Below are positions 39,491 through 53,593 of a stretch of DNA of 64,000 nt, piece after piece; the stretch's first letter is position 1, and each line of letters opens with the position of its first letter. A model generated the notes under the pieces. That model had not been told where the DNA came from and ran no database searches. It worked only from the letters and a program-made list of their open reading frames with translations. The stretch is from Octopus vulgaris. Lineage: Eukaryota. The stretch spans positions 69,874,001 through 69,938,000 of the forward strand of contig OX597821.1 of assembly GCA_951406725.2 (NCBI GenBank). Reading direction: 5' to 3'. Both the position numbers and the translations under genes were made by a program.

Positions 39491-39998
39491 GAGTGAGAGA
39501 GCAGTGCGTGCCATCAAAGTGACGCTGAGGTAAAATATATGACGCCCAGTACAGCCAAAAAGGCCCTACCCGTCTAATAAGGGTACACCAGGCACATGCA
39601 TCACAGCCATATGTGCGTGACATGGTAATTTCTTAGTAAGGTAAATGGCGCATGAGCTTACTGGTGGGGCCTAGTGAGAATTTTCCTCAGGTCAAGTTGC
39701 TCGTCCCGCTCAAAAGGTCACTGAATAAGATTTGTTTAAGGATGTTTAACGAAACACCCATATTTCCAGAGGTGAATTATCCAAACCCCACATAATCCCT
39801 CTCGACACATGGTTTGATGCTCCCCCACTACTTCTACTCGTAATCAGAGATGCACATATCATCAGCCACTAAGGAACATGCTTAACTCGTTATGGTCAGA
39901 CAACTGACAAGCAAATCTGTGGTATTGAGCAGAATATTTGCTGTAGCTCATCTTTTATACCAAGACAAAACAATGTACATGATAATACTTTCAGTCAA
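39491..39998 (-). mobile_element. Non-coding (TAA)n-tailed retroposon, copy 2 (more diverged, 5'-shorter)
   Basis: Colinear with 38888-39395. Confidence 0.8.
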
Positions 39999-40014
39999 TT
40001 ATTATTATTATTAC

Positions 40015-40078
<64 letters not shown>

Positions 40079-40079
40079 G

Positions 40080-40645
40080 TCCACTGACTGTAGTGCGGTA
40101 GAGCAAAGCTCGAGAGAGCCGAACAATGGTATGAACACAAGCCAGAGGAAGTAATGGAAAACGAACATTACAAGATACTCTGGGATTTTAATATGGAGTG
40201 CAACCAAGTTATAGAGGCGACACGACCAGATATCGTGATCATCAATAAAAAAGAAAAAGAACTAAAGATAATAGATGTTACGATACCAAGCGATTCGAAG
40301 GTGAAATGTAAGGAAACAGAAAAGATTGAGAAATACCAGCCACTGCGGGACGAGATAAGAAAGTTATGGGGCATGAGGAAAGTAATGGTGATACCGGTGG
40401 TAACTGGAGCATTAAGAGCAGTTTCCAAAGGCTTTGAAAAACATAATGAGAATATTGGAGCTGCTGTCAGGCTTGAGGTGATTCAGAAGACAGCATTGTT
40501 GGGTACAACTCACATTCTAAGGAGAGTATTGTCTCTCTGAGACACAGGAGAAGGCACTACTTGAAACCTTTGGTGGTTTGTTATTGCCTGCTTTCAAGTA
40601 TAGAATAACCGGTGATTAAGAACTATCCGAGAGTCTTTCATGGTG
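40080..40645 (+). mobile_element. Dong/R4 LINE 3' fragment with open REL endonuclease ORF (40154-40540)
   Basis: ILWDF..RPDIVIINK..IIDVTIP..EKIEKY..IPVVTGAL..QKTALLGT; (AAT)n tail. Confidence 0.92.
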
Positions 40646-40654
40646 GTAGTAGTA

Positions 40655-40725
<71 letters not shown>

Positions 40726-40727
<2 letters not shown>

Positions 40728-41240
40728 CGCCCTAGGCGTAACACCAACATGAACTTCTAACTCATTGTCTCTTGAGGTCTCTTGGTGAAACTTGGACTCA
40801 ACTTATAGAAAGCAAAAATCAAACATATAACAATAACAACAATAATAATAATGATGATGATAATAATAATAATAATTGGCAAAATGTGGAATCTCAAGAC
40901 TAAAACAATACCTGTTGTCATAGGTGCCCTAGGAATGATAACTAAAGGGGCTGATTCCTACCAAGCTCAGATATCAGGAAACTCCAAAATGGCAGAAATT
41001 CAAAAGATAATGCCCATGAGAACTGCCCTTATCCTACGTAAAATACTATGTAATCTCAAATTTTAAAACACTCCTAATTGTCTTATGTTTTCTTAAACAT
41101 TCCATAGAACAATACTATGTGCAAAACTAAATATGTCACCCTATGCATAGCACCAACATGAACTTCTAACTTGATCTTGAGGTCTCTGGGTGAGACTTGG
41201 AGTCAACTTGTACAAATACAAAGCAAAAGTCAATCATATG
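40726..41240 (+). mobile_element. Two Dong/R4 3' fragments (UTR-only 40726-40830; ORF end plus UTR 40877-41240)
   Basis: KMWNLKTKTIPVVIGALG..EIQKI; shared UTR caccaacatgaacttctaac..gaggtctct.ggtga.acttgga. Confidence 0.85.
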
Positions 41241-41291
<51 letters not shown>

Positions 41292-41292
<1 letters not shown>

Positions 41293-42036
41293 GACGGGAT
41301 TGTTTGATGAAAGGAAGCCTAAAAAAAAAAGAGACCGAGAGCACTATACTGGCAGCGCAGGACCAAGCTCTGGCCACGAACTGGAGGGTCAACCTGAGGA
41401 GTGAACAAGTGACTCAACTGTGCTGCATCTGCAATAGAGTGGATGAAACCATTGCCCATATCACGAAAGAATACTCTGGACTTGCCCCAAACCACTACAA
41501 GTTGTGACGACACGACCAGGTAGCGAAACTGCTACATTGGAAACTGAGCAAAAAGTGGGGGCTAGAGAGAGGTAAGACGTGGTATGAGCACAAACCGCAG
41601 TGAGTGGCAGTCAGAGACTAGCAAAATCCTCTGGGACTTCCCAATCCAAACAGATCAGGTGCTTGAGCCTAACAGACTGGACCTAGTTGTGGCGGATAAG
41701 GTGCGTCACATGTGCTATACAGTTAATGTTGCATGCCCCTTTGACACATGAATAGTCAAGAAGGAAGGGGAAAAGATAGATACAACCCTCTTAAGTACGA
41801 AATAATTATGGAAAAGGAAGAAGGTGAATATACTGTCCATGGGAACAGTATGAGAAAGCATCAGGAGGAATATAAAGGAAATTGGAATAGAGTGCCCAGT
41901 AGAACTGTTAAAAAAGTTTGCCTCCTTAGCACCGCCAGAATAATCAGGAAAGTATTAGAGAGCTGAAAAGAACAGATAGCCCGCTATGCATGCAAGACTC
42001 CAGGAGCTCCAACAAAACCTGTGATAAAGAGAAAAT
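41292..42036 (+). mobile_element. Dong/R4 LINE 3' fragment
   Basis: GSLKKKETESTILAAQDQAL, CCICNRVDETIAHI, RHDQVA, ILWDFPIQ and KKVCLLSTARIIRKVL; (AAT)n on both sides. Confidence 0.9.
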
Positions 42037-42037
42037 G

Positions 42038-42101
<64 letters not shown>

Positions 42102-42103
<2 letters not shown>

Positions 42104-42903
42104 GGGCAAGTACAAAAAGAAACAGACCCTAATTGTAGAAGCCCATATTCAAGCGATTAAAACAAACAACTTGAGGAAAAATATATATGGAGAGAATGTG
42201 TCAGAAAAAGGTTGAGCCTGTGGAACTTGAAACGGGACACTAGCAGACACTGGGGCAGAATTCCCGAAGTTGGCACAGGAAGAACATAAACATTATACAA
42301 TGGAAAATGTGCCAGAAATGAGGATTTGAAGCTGGAAACACATGGTACAATCATCGAGAGGAAAGAGTCCTGGAGTCGGAGAAATGTAAGATTTTTGTGG
42401 GACTTTCCTATTCAAATAGACAAGAAGTTAGAAAATAATAGACCAGATATAACGATTGTAGATAAGGAAAAGCGAAGTTGCTTACTTATCGATCCATCAT
42501 GCCCGTTCGATTCTAGGAGCGTAGAGAAAGAGGAAGAAAAGCAAAAAACAAAAACAAAAAAATGCAATCCCTTAAAATTTGAAATAGAAAGAATATGGAG
42601 AATGCAAAAAGTACATATCATGCCTATGATAATTGGAGCGTTGGGAACAGTGAGCGAAGATATAGACAAATGGCCAAAGGAGACTGGAAGAGAATGCCTA
42701 GTGGAGCTCCTACAGAAAGTTTGTCTCTTAGGGACAAACTGATGCAATACCGGGGAAAGTTTGCATTTCCTCAACAGCAAAAAGGAACACACAAGGCTGC
42801 ACACACCCCCAGCGACACGGAGGTGTTGCAAGCGATGCAGGAGAAATTTGCTTCTGACTGAGGCCCAGTCGGATGATGTAATGAAGTGCAAATCAACCGA
42901 AAA
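42102..42903 (+). mobile_element. Dong/R4 LINE 3' fragment (subfamily resembling 7820-8600)
   Basis: FLWDFPIQIDKKLENNRPDI..LIDPSCPFD..IIGALGTV..ELLQKVCLLGT. Confidence 0.9.
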
Positions 42904-42918
42904 ATAATAATAATGATG

Positions 42919-42959
<41 letters not shown>

Positions 42960-43190
42960 CGTGTTAAAATCGTGTTAACTGGAACGGCTCATGTACTGAG
43001 AAGAGCATTATCGCTGTGAAAACAACATCCATTCATGAATTTATTTATTCATTAATTTTTTAAATACATATTTTACCTGTGAATTTGCGTGTGTAATCTG
43101 GGAATGCATACAATGAGCTTCACTGCCCTAGGTGTACGGAAAACAATCGTCGAGAAACGGAAGAAAATTTGAAGAAAGAAGGAAAAATAA
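42960..43190 (+). mobile_element. Short Dong/R4 3' end
   Basis: KIVLTGTAHVLRRALSL* plus UTR plus (AAT)n. Confidence 0.8.
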
Positions 43191-44236
43191 TAATAATAAA
43201 CCTGTCTCTTGCCTCCCCCTTTTATGGGGAAGCTTATGACGGGTGTCATTGGTAAGGCAATGTATGACTATGTGAAACTGGAATTGACATGAGGGGGGAA
43301 CATTCTGAGAACCTGCTTTATTGGGGACAGCAAGGATCTTCAGATTGTTAGTTGGGTGTTAAGTATCGTGGCAAAGAGACCCTGTGAAATCCTTAACAAA
43401 ATTAACCAGAGCAAGTGAAATCGAGCGCTCCGAGAAGTGAACAGAAACAATAAAGGTAACGTTGCTAAGATATACATCGCCACCATCAACATCGTTATCA
43501 TCATCATCAGCAGCAGCAGCAGCAGCATCAACAACGGAGGAGAGCAGGAAATAATTAGAAAGTGCAACAGTAAGAACAATAACAAGAACAACCCAGAACA
43601 GCAGCAAAGACGAACAAGCACCTAAAACAAATATACGTGTGTGTGTGGTTGCTGGAAAAAAGAATAAGGAAAAACTTGATTAAAACAGTAAGGAAAACAA
43701 AAATAACAAAACCTTGAAACTAATACGTTCATTACTCATTATCAGCAGGACTACAAGTAGTAGTAGTAGTAGTAGTTGTAGTTGTAGTTGTAGTAGTAGT
43801 AGTAGTAGAAAACGACTAACAGCATGGAAAGTAGCAAAAAGTGTTACGGTGAGAACAAAACAAAAATAAAAGCAACAAGAACGGCAACAACAATATCACT
43901 TATAGCATTAATAAGAGCTACAACCGTCGTAGTCGCCACTACTACTACTACTACTACTACTGTTAACCACTACTACCACTACTACTACTACTGTTAACCA
44001 CTTCTACTGCTACAACTACTACAAGTATAAATGTCGAAGAATACATATCAGATTCTTTTTCTTCCTCCTGTACACCAAAATAAACCGTTACCTCTGCCAC
44101 CACCACTACCGACAACAATAACAACAGCGACAACAATAAAATTACAGTAAACACACACAAATACCACCGCCGCCACCACTGACAACAGATGCATTAACAA
44201 CAGTTAACATCAAGGACAAAAATTTGTGCCCGCATC

Positions 44237-44281
<45 letters not shown>

Positions 44282-44787
44282 GTCGTCGTCATCATCAGTC
44301 TTCGTCATCATTGTCATCATCGTCGTCATTTGTAAACAGTAACAACAGCCGCGTGGACAATGGCAATGCAGAAATTGAAATTAGTAAAAAAAAGAAAAAA
44401 AAAAGAAATACTGTAAAAAATAAATGAATGGATAATATATATATAAATAAACAACAACAACAGAAATGAAAAAAAAAGCAACGTTGATGTAGAAGAGCAA
44501 GAAGAAGAGGAAGAGGAGGAGGAGAAGAACGAGAGAAAGAGAAGACGAAGAAGAATAAGAATCCTGACAGGAAAGGCAATAACGGCAACACCGGCAGCAA
44601 GAAGAATCTTGTAGAACGACACGACGGAAAGAAGAGGGCAAAGCTTGTGGAGAGAGGAACCATAATGGTAGGAGCGAGTCCAATGGGCGACGAGAGAAGA
44701 AATACCTAGCAAGATAACACACTGGTATTGTTTGTGTGTGTATGTGTGTGAAAATATGTATGCGTATGTAGAGGTGTACAGGCATTA

Positions 44788-44833
<46 letters not shown>

Positions 44834-46249
44834 CATACATACATATATATATATATACACACACATACATAGATACATTTGTGTATGTATATATATATAT
44901 ACACATACATAGATACATATGTGTATCTATATATATATATATATATACACATACATAGATACATATATGTGTATCTCCGTATACATACATGTGTGTGTGT
45001 AGTGTGTATGTATGTGTATGTCTGTCTCAGTATGTAAATATATGTTCTTTATAACAAAAATATATCAAACATTTGTAGTTGATACATAAAAACATATTCA
45101 ATATACGCTTTTATATTTAAATGTATTATATATATATTTATACATACATCATATATATATATATATGCACACATGTACATACATGGATATCATAGATACA
45201 CACACACACGCATTTACTCCCAGACACCCGTACATATATATACATATGTGTACGTGTTTACATCCCTACATATACATAGCCTGAATATATAAACACTTAT
45301 GCCGAAAGCCTACACATAGAAATTCATACTCGGATGATATAAAAAAAAGTCTAAACAGATAACTCTATCAATATGAACCCGTTGTACATAGTAAGGAGGA
45401 GATGGCGGGGTTGGAAAGGCAATTAAAAATATAGAGAAAAAAAAACTGACAAACAAAATAATAATAAAAACGACAAATATCTAGACAAGTACAAATAGTC
45501 ATGTTGATGCACATATATATATACACATATAATAATAATAATAACAGCCCCTGTAGATATAAAATCCCCCGAGAATTGTGCAAACAAAAGATGCCAACAA
45601 GATATACAGCGTCGAGGCATTTATGTCAACATGGCTGCTAAATTAATGTTCTGTGAGCAACGAAAAGGCTTTGCGTTCATTTTCTTCTAATTTTTGCCTC
45701 GGCTGAGCTTGTTGCGAGCGGGTTTTTTTGTGTTGTTAAAACGTAAGAGAAGGCAAAATAACTTTTGTGAAACATATCCATTGAGGTGATTGTGGCGGTG
45801 GCGTTGGCGGCAGTCGTGATCGGTGGTGGTGGTGGTGGTGGTGGTGGTGGTGGCGTTGGCGGCGGCGGCGTTAGCAATGGTGTTGGCTGTTGTTGTGGTG
45901 GTGGTAGTAGAAGTTTTAGTGGGAGTGTTGGTTGTTGTTTGTGGAGGAGGGGTTGGCGGTAGTGATGCTGGTTGTTGCTGTTGTTATTGGCGGTGTAGGT
46001 GGTGGTGGCGGTTTAATCTGTGGTGTCAGTGTTGTTAGTAAAGCTAACTTTATGGATGAAGTTAGAGACGGAAGGGGAGGAGGAGGAGGAGGAGAAAAAC
46101 AATAGCTACAATAACAACTCCTTTTAGAAAAGAAAAGAAAAGGTCCGGTGATGGGAGGGGGGGGGTCATCGATCATGATAGGTGCCGTCACCATGTCTAT
46201 CATCATCAGCACCATCGCAGTAATCATCATCACAACAAACATCACCATC

Positions 46250-46281
<32 letters not shown>

Positions 46282-46626
46282 GACTTCAGCTTCAATTTCC
46301 CTTTCATTTATGTCAATATTTTTTCTCTTGGAATTTGAAAAAAAAAATTCTTGGTTTTAATTCCATTTTTTTTTTTACATAAACTTTTAGTGATGATATT
46401 CAATTTAATGGGATGTGTACGTATTTTATTTATTTTGCTTTATGCGTCTAAGTTTTATCATTTGCTCCATACACACACACACACATACACACACAGAACC
46501 ACACGTAAAACCGCAGCACATTTTACACGTTGAGAGATATATGTTTACATTTCTGTAAAACATATATGTGAAATAACCTAGTTTGATTAAAATGATCTTC
46601 TCTCAACCTTTTTCTCTCTCGTCTGC

Positions 46627-46661
<35 letters not shown>

Positions 46662-46772
46662 AATACACATACACACATATATATGCACAATGAATATATC
46701 TATCTGTCTCTCTCTATATATATAAATAAATACACACACATACACATCTATTAATGTCTACCTATATGTATG

Positions 46773-46815
<43 letters not shown>

Positions 46816-46896
46816 ATATATATATGTATATATATGTGTATATATATATATATATATACACCTATCTTTTTCTCTCTCTCTCTCTCACTCTCTCTC

Positions 46897-46937
<41 letters not shown>

Positions 46938-48367
46938 ATATATATATATATGTATACATATATATATAGTGTGTGTGTGTCTGTATGCTATCAGATGGTT
47001 TATCTGTTTTGTCGTCCATTTGACTCTCTGTTAATCTATCTCAATATAAAAGTTGGTCTATGTATGAATGCCTAATAAGTCGCTGCTTGTTTTGTGCAAT
47101 TCATCCTTTAGTTTATGTCATTATTCTAAGCAACAATGAACGATGCTGAACAAAGCGTATATCATAATATGCTAAACGGGATAAACTGCTCAATCTATAA
47201 AAATGTTCTCATTTGATTTATTCTGCTTAGTCTTTTTTTTTTTCTTGAAATATATTTTGTTATTTCAAATGACATATCTTCGCATTCTCTATTTTGCCCT
47301 CATGAAAAAAAAATCTATCCCCAGCACAAATACAACAGTTGAATGAATGAATGTTGTCAAATAAAGCAACAATAATCACCATCAACCTCTCTCTCTTTCT
47401 CTCTCTCTCCACTAAAACACCAAGAAACAAACTGTCACCTAATACTGTTATTTACTGCGTTCATCTATTCAGGCATTATTCTACTTTTAGAATATCAGTG
47501 GAGTTGTTCTTTATGCTATTGTTTTTGTTGCTTTAATTGTTGTCATTGTTTTTGGTGTTGCTGTTGCTGTCATTCAGCTTCCACGTAAATGTCCAAGTAA
47601 AATCTCTAATGAAAAACTTTCCAGCCGTGGCGTTTCCTATGGTTTCTTCAAACATAGTCTATCTGGACTTTCTTTGTCCAATGTGTCCTTCGTTTCGTAT
47701 GGTTCTTGGGATTTCTAGCCATTCAGAAACCACGTACTTGATTCTTTGTAGCCTCATGTCACTGTGTTGTTCCTGCTATTGATTACTGGTAATAAATTAT
47801 AATCAATTCATTCTTTGTTCGTTTATCAGATCGAATGACAAGCGAGACATACAGGCTAAGGGTCGAAATGGTTGTATCCCTGAGACACTTGCGGACGAAG
47901 GGTTTCTAAAACTGCAATGGATTTAGAAGAGTCTGGAAACTTTGTGCACCTCCAGCTGTTTCTGCGTGGGGTGGAACATTTCTAATGTATATTTCTCCAA
48001 GATCTTTGCTCACTCCTATTTGTATTAAATACGAGCTTTGTGAATCATAAATATTCAATTTGTCTTTCTGTTGCAACTGCATTTCTAGCCAAAGCTAGAA
48101 GTGAGATTCAACACTGCACCTCAACGAAATACCGACCAAAGAAAAAGAATGAAAAGAGTAAGTTGTTTTTTCTTTTTTTTTTTTCGTGCATCAATTTACA
48201 ACTGTTTCATCTGCTCATTGTAATCTTCTTGTTTTTAATTATAAAAATTCTGAAGCTCTTTGTGGATTTTCACACATTTGGTTGGTAAAATAACCACTAG
48301 ATTATCTTGACTGATAGCCGATACAGGTAGATGAACTTAATAGGGTAAACTTTAAGGATGATACATA

Positions 48368-49231
48368 CAGGGTGTTCGGACTAAATATGACGATTCATTT
48401 ACGTCTCCTTTTTTTCAAGAACATCTTGATGTATTGGAAGCATAAAGATTCAAGTCGTAGTTGAGTAAACGTTAGTTGAGATGGAGGACTGGATGCTATC
48501 TGAATATTACAAAAGAATTACATATATCTTGATGATTTGTGCAAGGCATCAAAATGTTTACATCGTGACTGATGTTCAATGTGAACACTGCAAAGTTTGT
48601 AAAACGTGACATGGACAGCGTCAACAGATACTACCAAGCCGTGACCAGCAGGAAGAGACACAACAGACGTTCTCACTGCGTCCGACGCCAGAATTCATCC
48701 TCGCATCATTGAACAGAGCCCGAGGCTCAATTCAGGTGGCTATATCAAATTGCTGGAGACTGTGGTTAATCTCAAGCTGGAGAGGGTTGCTGCTGGAAGG
48801 TGATATGTGTGGCAGTAGGATTCGATTCCTTGTCATACCTCCGGAAAGAATCAGAAGTGGTTGTCGGAAAACCCCTACAACTATCCCCAGTTTCTGGTCT
48901 CTTAACTCCGCCGATTGTAAACCCATTGATTATTATCTGTGGGACGTAGTTGAAAAAAACCCAAAAATGCTGCTTGCAACACCAAGGCTGAGCTGGTGGC
49001 CAAGATGACGGAGATGTCCGAAGATCTTCCCAGAGACGCAGGAGAGAATGGTTGGCGCCTGATTCCAGAGCCGGCTTGAGGCAGAGGTGAAAGTTGAGAG
49101 CGGTGACCCTGAGTAAGCACTTATCGCCCACCCAAACTCTACTTGATGTCTTTATTTTCTAAAAATCATTAAAATTTTGGACGGGATATTGTCTCTTTAT
49201 GTCAACTAACAATTTTAGTTCGAACACCCTA
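48368..49231 (+). mobile_element. Tc1/mariner superfamily remnant (maT/DD37D-like), internally deleted
   Basis: TA|cagggtgttcggactaaa ... tttagttcgaacaccct.|TA; YIKLLETVV, VWQ*DSIPCH and FWSLNSADCKPIDYYLW. Confidence 0.85.
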
Positions 49232-50439
49232 TATATATGTTATATCGCACGTTCCGATGACCTCTGCTCAACTCCCAGCGTCTAGACTTCTCCCTCTATA
49301 TCTACGCATTGGGTTAGCCTACTTCATCATCTGGGGGCGTCCACACAACAGTATATATATATAGCGAAGAGTTAGCGATTCAGAAACGCATAAAGATGTT
49401 AATTTCGATTATTGATTGCTTATAATATGATGTCGAGATTTTAGTCGCTCGAAACTGTGGCTAGTTCCCTGACAAACCTGACAGAAATTGTGCTACAAAT
49501 TTGACACCAAATTGCAAAATTTAACTTCTTCCATACAACTATAGCTTTTCTTTCTGGTGACGTTAGGTTTGTAGAATTCGATTTCATGTATTGTATCCAC
49601 TACATTGCATGACCTAAAACAATACACTGGTATTTCTTTATAGGATTCTTCTACAAGTTAGACTTCGAGTGAGATTTTAGTAAACACACATTTTTATCTT
49701 TACTGTCGACAATAAGGAAAGCAGTCTAACTAGGTATAATACTTTCATCAGGTATCAATTAGTCATTCTTTGACTATAAGGAGAAAAACTGATTAAAAGG
49801 CAATATTTGTTTTTCATTGCAATGCTAAAAATCTGTTTACACCCATATCTACTCGAATTAATACCTCCAGAGATACGTATGTATATACACGACGGGCTTC
49901 TTTATATATATTGTGACATATTTTTTAACATTAGCGAAATGTTTTAGAAACCTGTAATGTCTACATACGATATTAATAAACACACATTTCTGTCTTCGCT
50001 GTGAACAAGAAGAAGATCAATCTAATTTGTTTCGTTCGTAGTTACACTCATCAGACATCAGTTTGTCATTCTTTGATTCACTCAGCGCAGCAGTGGGGCC
50101 AAAGAACAATATTTGGGTTCAATAACTAATTACAGGTCAAGAAATCACTACTTTCTGTACTGTCCTCATATAGGACGTGAAGGAAAATATCCAAACCAGA
50201 CATACAAGACACATGGAAAATAAAATTGCTCCAGAGGAAATTTAAACCATTTTGTAAACTTAAATTTAACGTCGCAACGTTTTACACGATCGATATCTAT
50301 AGAGTTTTAAAAAATCATAGCAATACAAGTGTATGTGTACATATCCACCACACACACACACACAAACATACACACTGACATACATGCATGCACCGAGGTT
50401 GATATGTGTAGATATTTTTTATTCTTAACCTCCTGGATT

Positions 50440-50680
50440 CATCAGGCCGATTACCCGCTTTTCGTGTCTATAAGTGACCGGGATCGCAACATTTTCTCTG
50501 AACGGGACTCAAAGCCAGCAGTTTTGAAGGGGCGGGGAATAAGTTGATTACATCGACGCCAGGACTTGACTATATTTTGTCGACCTCGATAAAACTTGGA
50601 CTCGAAAGCGTAGAAAGTCGGAAGTAATGGCGCTAAGGTTTTTGACCAACGTGCTAATGACTGCGCCACTTCGCCGCTCC
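50440..50680 (-). mobile_element. Diverged SINE family A
   Basis: cgtgctaatgactgcgccacttcgcc resembles the reverse-complement head. Confidence 0.6.
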
Positions 50681-51417
50681 ATGTGCGCAGGCAGGCATGA
50701 ATAATAGACATATGCATGAATGTTATTCTGCAAAGCAAGGAAAATAAGTTGAACGTTTGTTGGGAATTTTTCGAGAAATATTCTCAAGACGGAAATACGG
50801 TTTCTATGTTGGGTGTGCGTGCACGTTTGCGTATGTACGTATATGCGTGTTTGTACTCGTGCGTGTGTAAAATTACACAACAGCTGGTGAGGGGCCGGGG
50901 GAGAATTTTCTTCGCCTTCTCTTCTTTCCGTTTTTCGCTTCTTCAATTTCTTTTTTTTTTCATTTGTTAATAAGAGTTTTGGCGAGATAAAATAATTGAA
51001 TCTTGCTATGACTTTCAATAGAGTAATGGAGAAATAGAGTGAGGGAAATAGAATGTTCAGACGTATTAACTAGTTGATACATACATATATATATATATAT
51101 ACTTTCATTTGATATTGCATTGTGTGTGTGCGCGCGCGCTTGACTATATATACATGTTTTATAACTATAATATTTTAAGCTACTTCATGTGTATATATAC
51201 ATATTTTCAGTCATATATATGTATACACAATCGCGCGGGCACACAGACACGTACATCCGCACATATACATATGTAAATACATGCACACACACGCACATAT
51301 ATATTCGTATGTCTGCATATATATGTATGTAGGTAAAATATGAGCACAGAAACGAATAAATATACATATATGTGAATGAATACATACAAAGACATAATAT
51401 ATGTGCGTGTGTATGTA

Positions 51418-51479
<62 letters not shown>

Positions 51480-51501
51480 TGTACATATATGTATGCATTC
51501 A

Positions 51502-51535
<34 letters not shown>

Positions 51536-51766
51536 TGTGTGTGTTCTTCTTTCCATCCACAGCAGACATGGTGACGGCTTCTTATATTTTCTGATAATCG
51601 AAAACTTAAACCGATCATTTTCTTTTCAGTGTATAAAACTCTACACCATAATGAATTGATTACTGGGATATCCCATAATCAGAGAGTCATTTATTTTATC
51701 AGCTTGTATCGCTACATTCACTCACTCACTCACACACAACCACCTTCTCCCCTCTCTTTCTCTCCA

Positions 51767-51833
<67 letters not shown>

Positions 51834-51978
51834 CATTCATTTATTAGTCATCTGTCTTTCTTATGCTTACCCATTCTGATACTTACCTCGCTGACATTAA
51901 CACAGGTCAAAGCACACATTTACAGACACTCATACATACATACATACACACATACGCACTCACACACACACACACACA

Positions 51979-52050
<72 letters not shown>

Positions 52051-52606
52051 AATGTATTTTATATACAGTATACAATTTTCTAACGTATCCTTATACATTA
52101 TTTCTTTATACACACCGAAACCATTCTATACCAGTAGATATGATTAATTTACTGCTCTAGGTTTATAAACAGCAGTAATTATTCACATACAAACACACAC
52201 ACGTGCGCACACGCACACACACACACACACACACACGCACATGCTCGCGTTTGTACAGATATACAAACATGAAAACATCGCCTACACAACATATAAGGGC
52301 GTGTGTGCATATGCATACATACACATGTGTGTGTGTGTGTGTTAGTGCAAAGTTTGGTAACTTAAATCTCATTCAATTATTTGTGAAGCGATCCTCTTGG
52401 AGAATGGCAAACCCAAACTCGCCCTAACATATTTCCTATCACACTTTTCTTTCTTCCCGACTCACTTACCATTTTCTTTCACACTTTCTTTCCTTTCTTT
52501 ATTTCGTTCTACTTACTTTATTTCTTATTTATTTGTTTGTTTGTTTTTTCTTTTCTTATTTCCTTCTCTTCTAACTCTTTATCGCTTCGGTTATTTTCTG
52601 TCTTTA

Positions 52607-53470
52607 TACGAAGTAGTATCAAAACGTTTCAGGACTAGTTATATTTAATAACTTATTTACCTGAGTTTTAATATCATCTCCTTCGAATTAGTCACCTTGC
52701 GCAGCAACACACCCGTCCCACCGATCCCACTTTTGGAATCCGGCCTAGAAATTGTTTTCCATCAGCGAGTCGAGGTCCTTCTGCGATTCGCTCAAGAATC
52801 TCGACAACGGTATTAAAATGGCTGCCTATGATTTGCATTTTTATCCTTGGGAGAGAGATGGAAGCCCACAGCTGCTAAATTTGGGAAATAGAGCGAGTGT
52901 TGAAGCGATACCATGTTGTTTGTGGCGAGAAGCTCACGAGTGAGGAGAGCTCGGTAAAGAATCCAATTCTTCGCTCTCACATCCGGATGCTTTCGCCGAA
53001 TGTTCTCCCTCAGACGCTTCAATTCCTTGCAGTTGCACTATCAATTGACGGTCTGGCCCTGGGGGACGAATTCACTCCCTGGGGTGACAGTCGTCGTAGG
53101 TCTTCCAGATCGCTCATTGTCTTCCAAGGACGTTCTCCCGCTTTTGAAGCGCCCGTCCCACTCGAAACATTGCATACAACCCATTGCCTCGTCACCGAAA
53201 CATACTCAATATCTCTGTAGCGAACTTTCCAAGTTTAACGTAAAATTTCACGTTGGTTCTTCGTTCCTGTCCACGACACACTCGCAGACTACAACATACA
53301 TGTGGTTACAAAAACACAAATTTCACAACATGCGAAGTAAACACAGCAAAGTCACTCGGCACACTGTTTCATGACGGTCACTGCTGGCTCTCACTGCGCA
53401 TGTAACCGTGTGCTGCGATCTGTTGGCGCGCAACAGAAGAAGCCCTGGAATATTTTGACACCATGCTTGT
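52607..53470 (-). mobile_element. Mariner remnant, internally deleted
   Basis: Imperfect TIRs tacgaagtagtatcaaaacgtttcaggact / agccctggaatattttgacaccatgcttgt; LRENIRRKHPD..NWIL..HSLYFPNLAAVGFHLSPK (decayed YSPDLAP.DF). Confidence 0.82.
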
Positions 53471-53593
53471 CGGAGAAAGAAAAAGAGAAGGGCACTCACA
53501 TTGGTTTTCGAGAAGCCCGGAAGTTCCGGACCTCTGTAGGGGCGAATGTTGTTTAAAAGGCCTGTCCAAAAGCCTTTTGTCATTTGATTTTTT

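Noticed and set aside
49910-50110. Solo-LTR-like TG start with AATAAA
   Set aside because: No clear CA end, TSD or second copy
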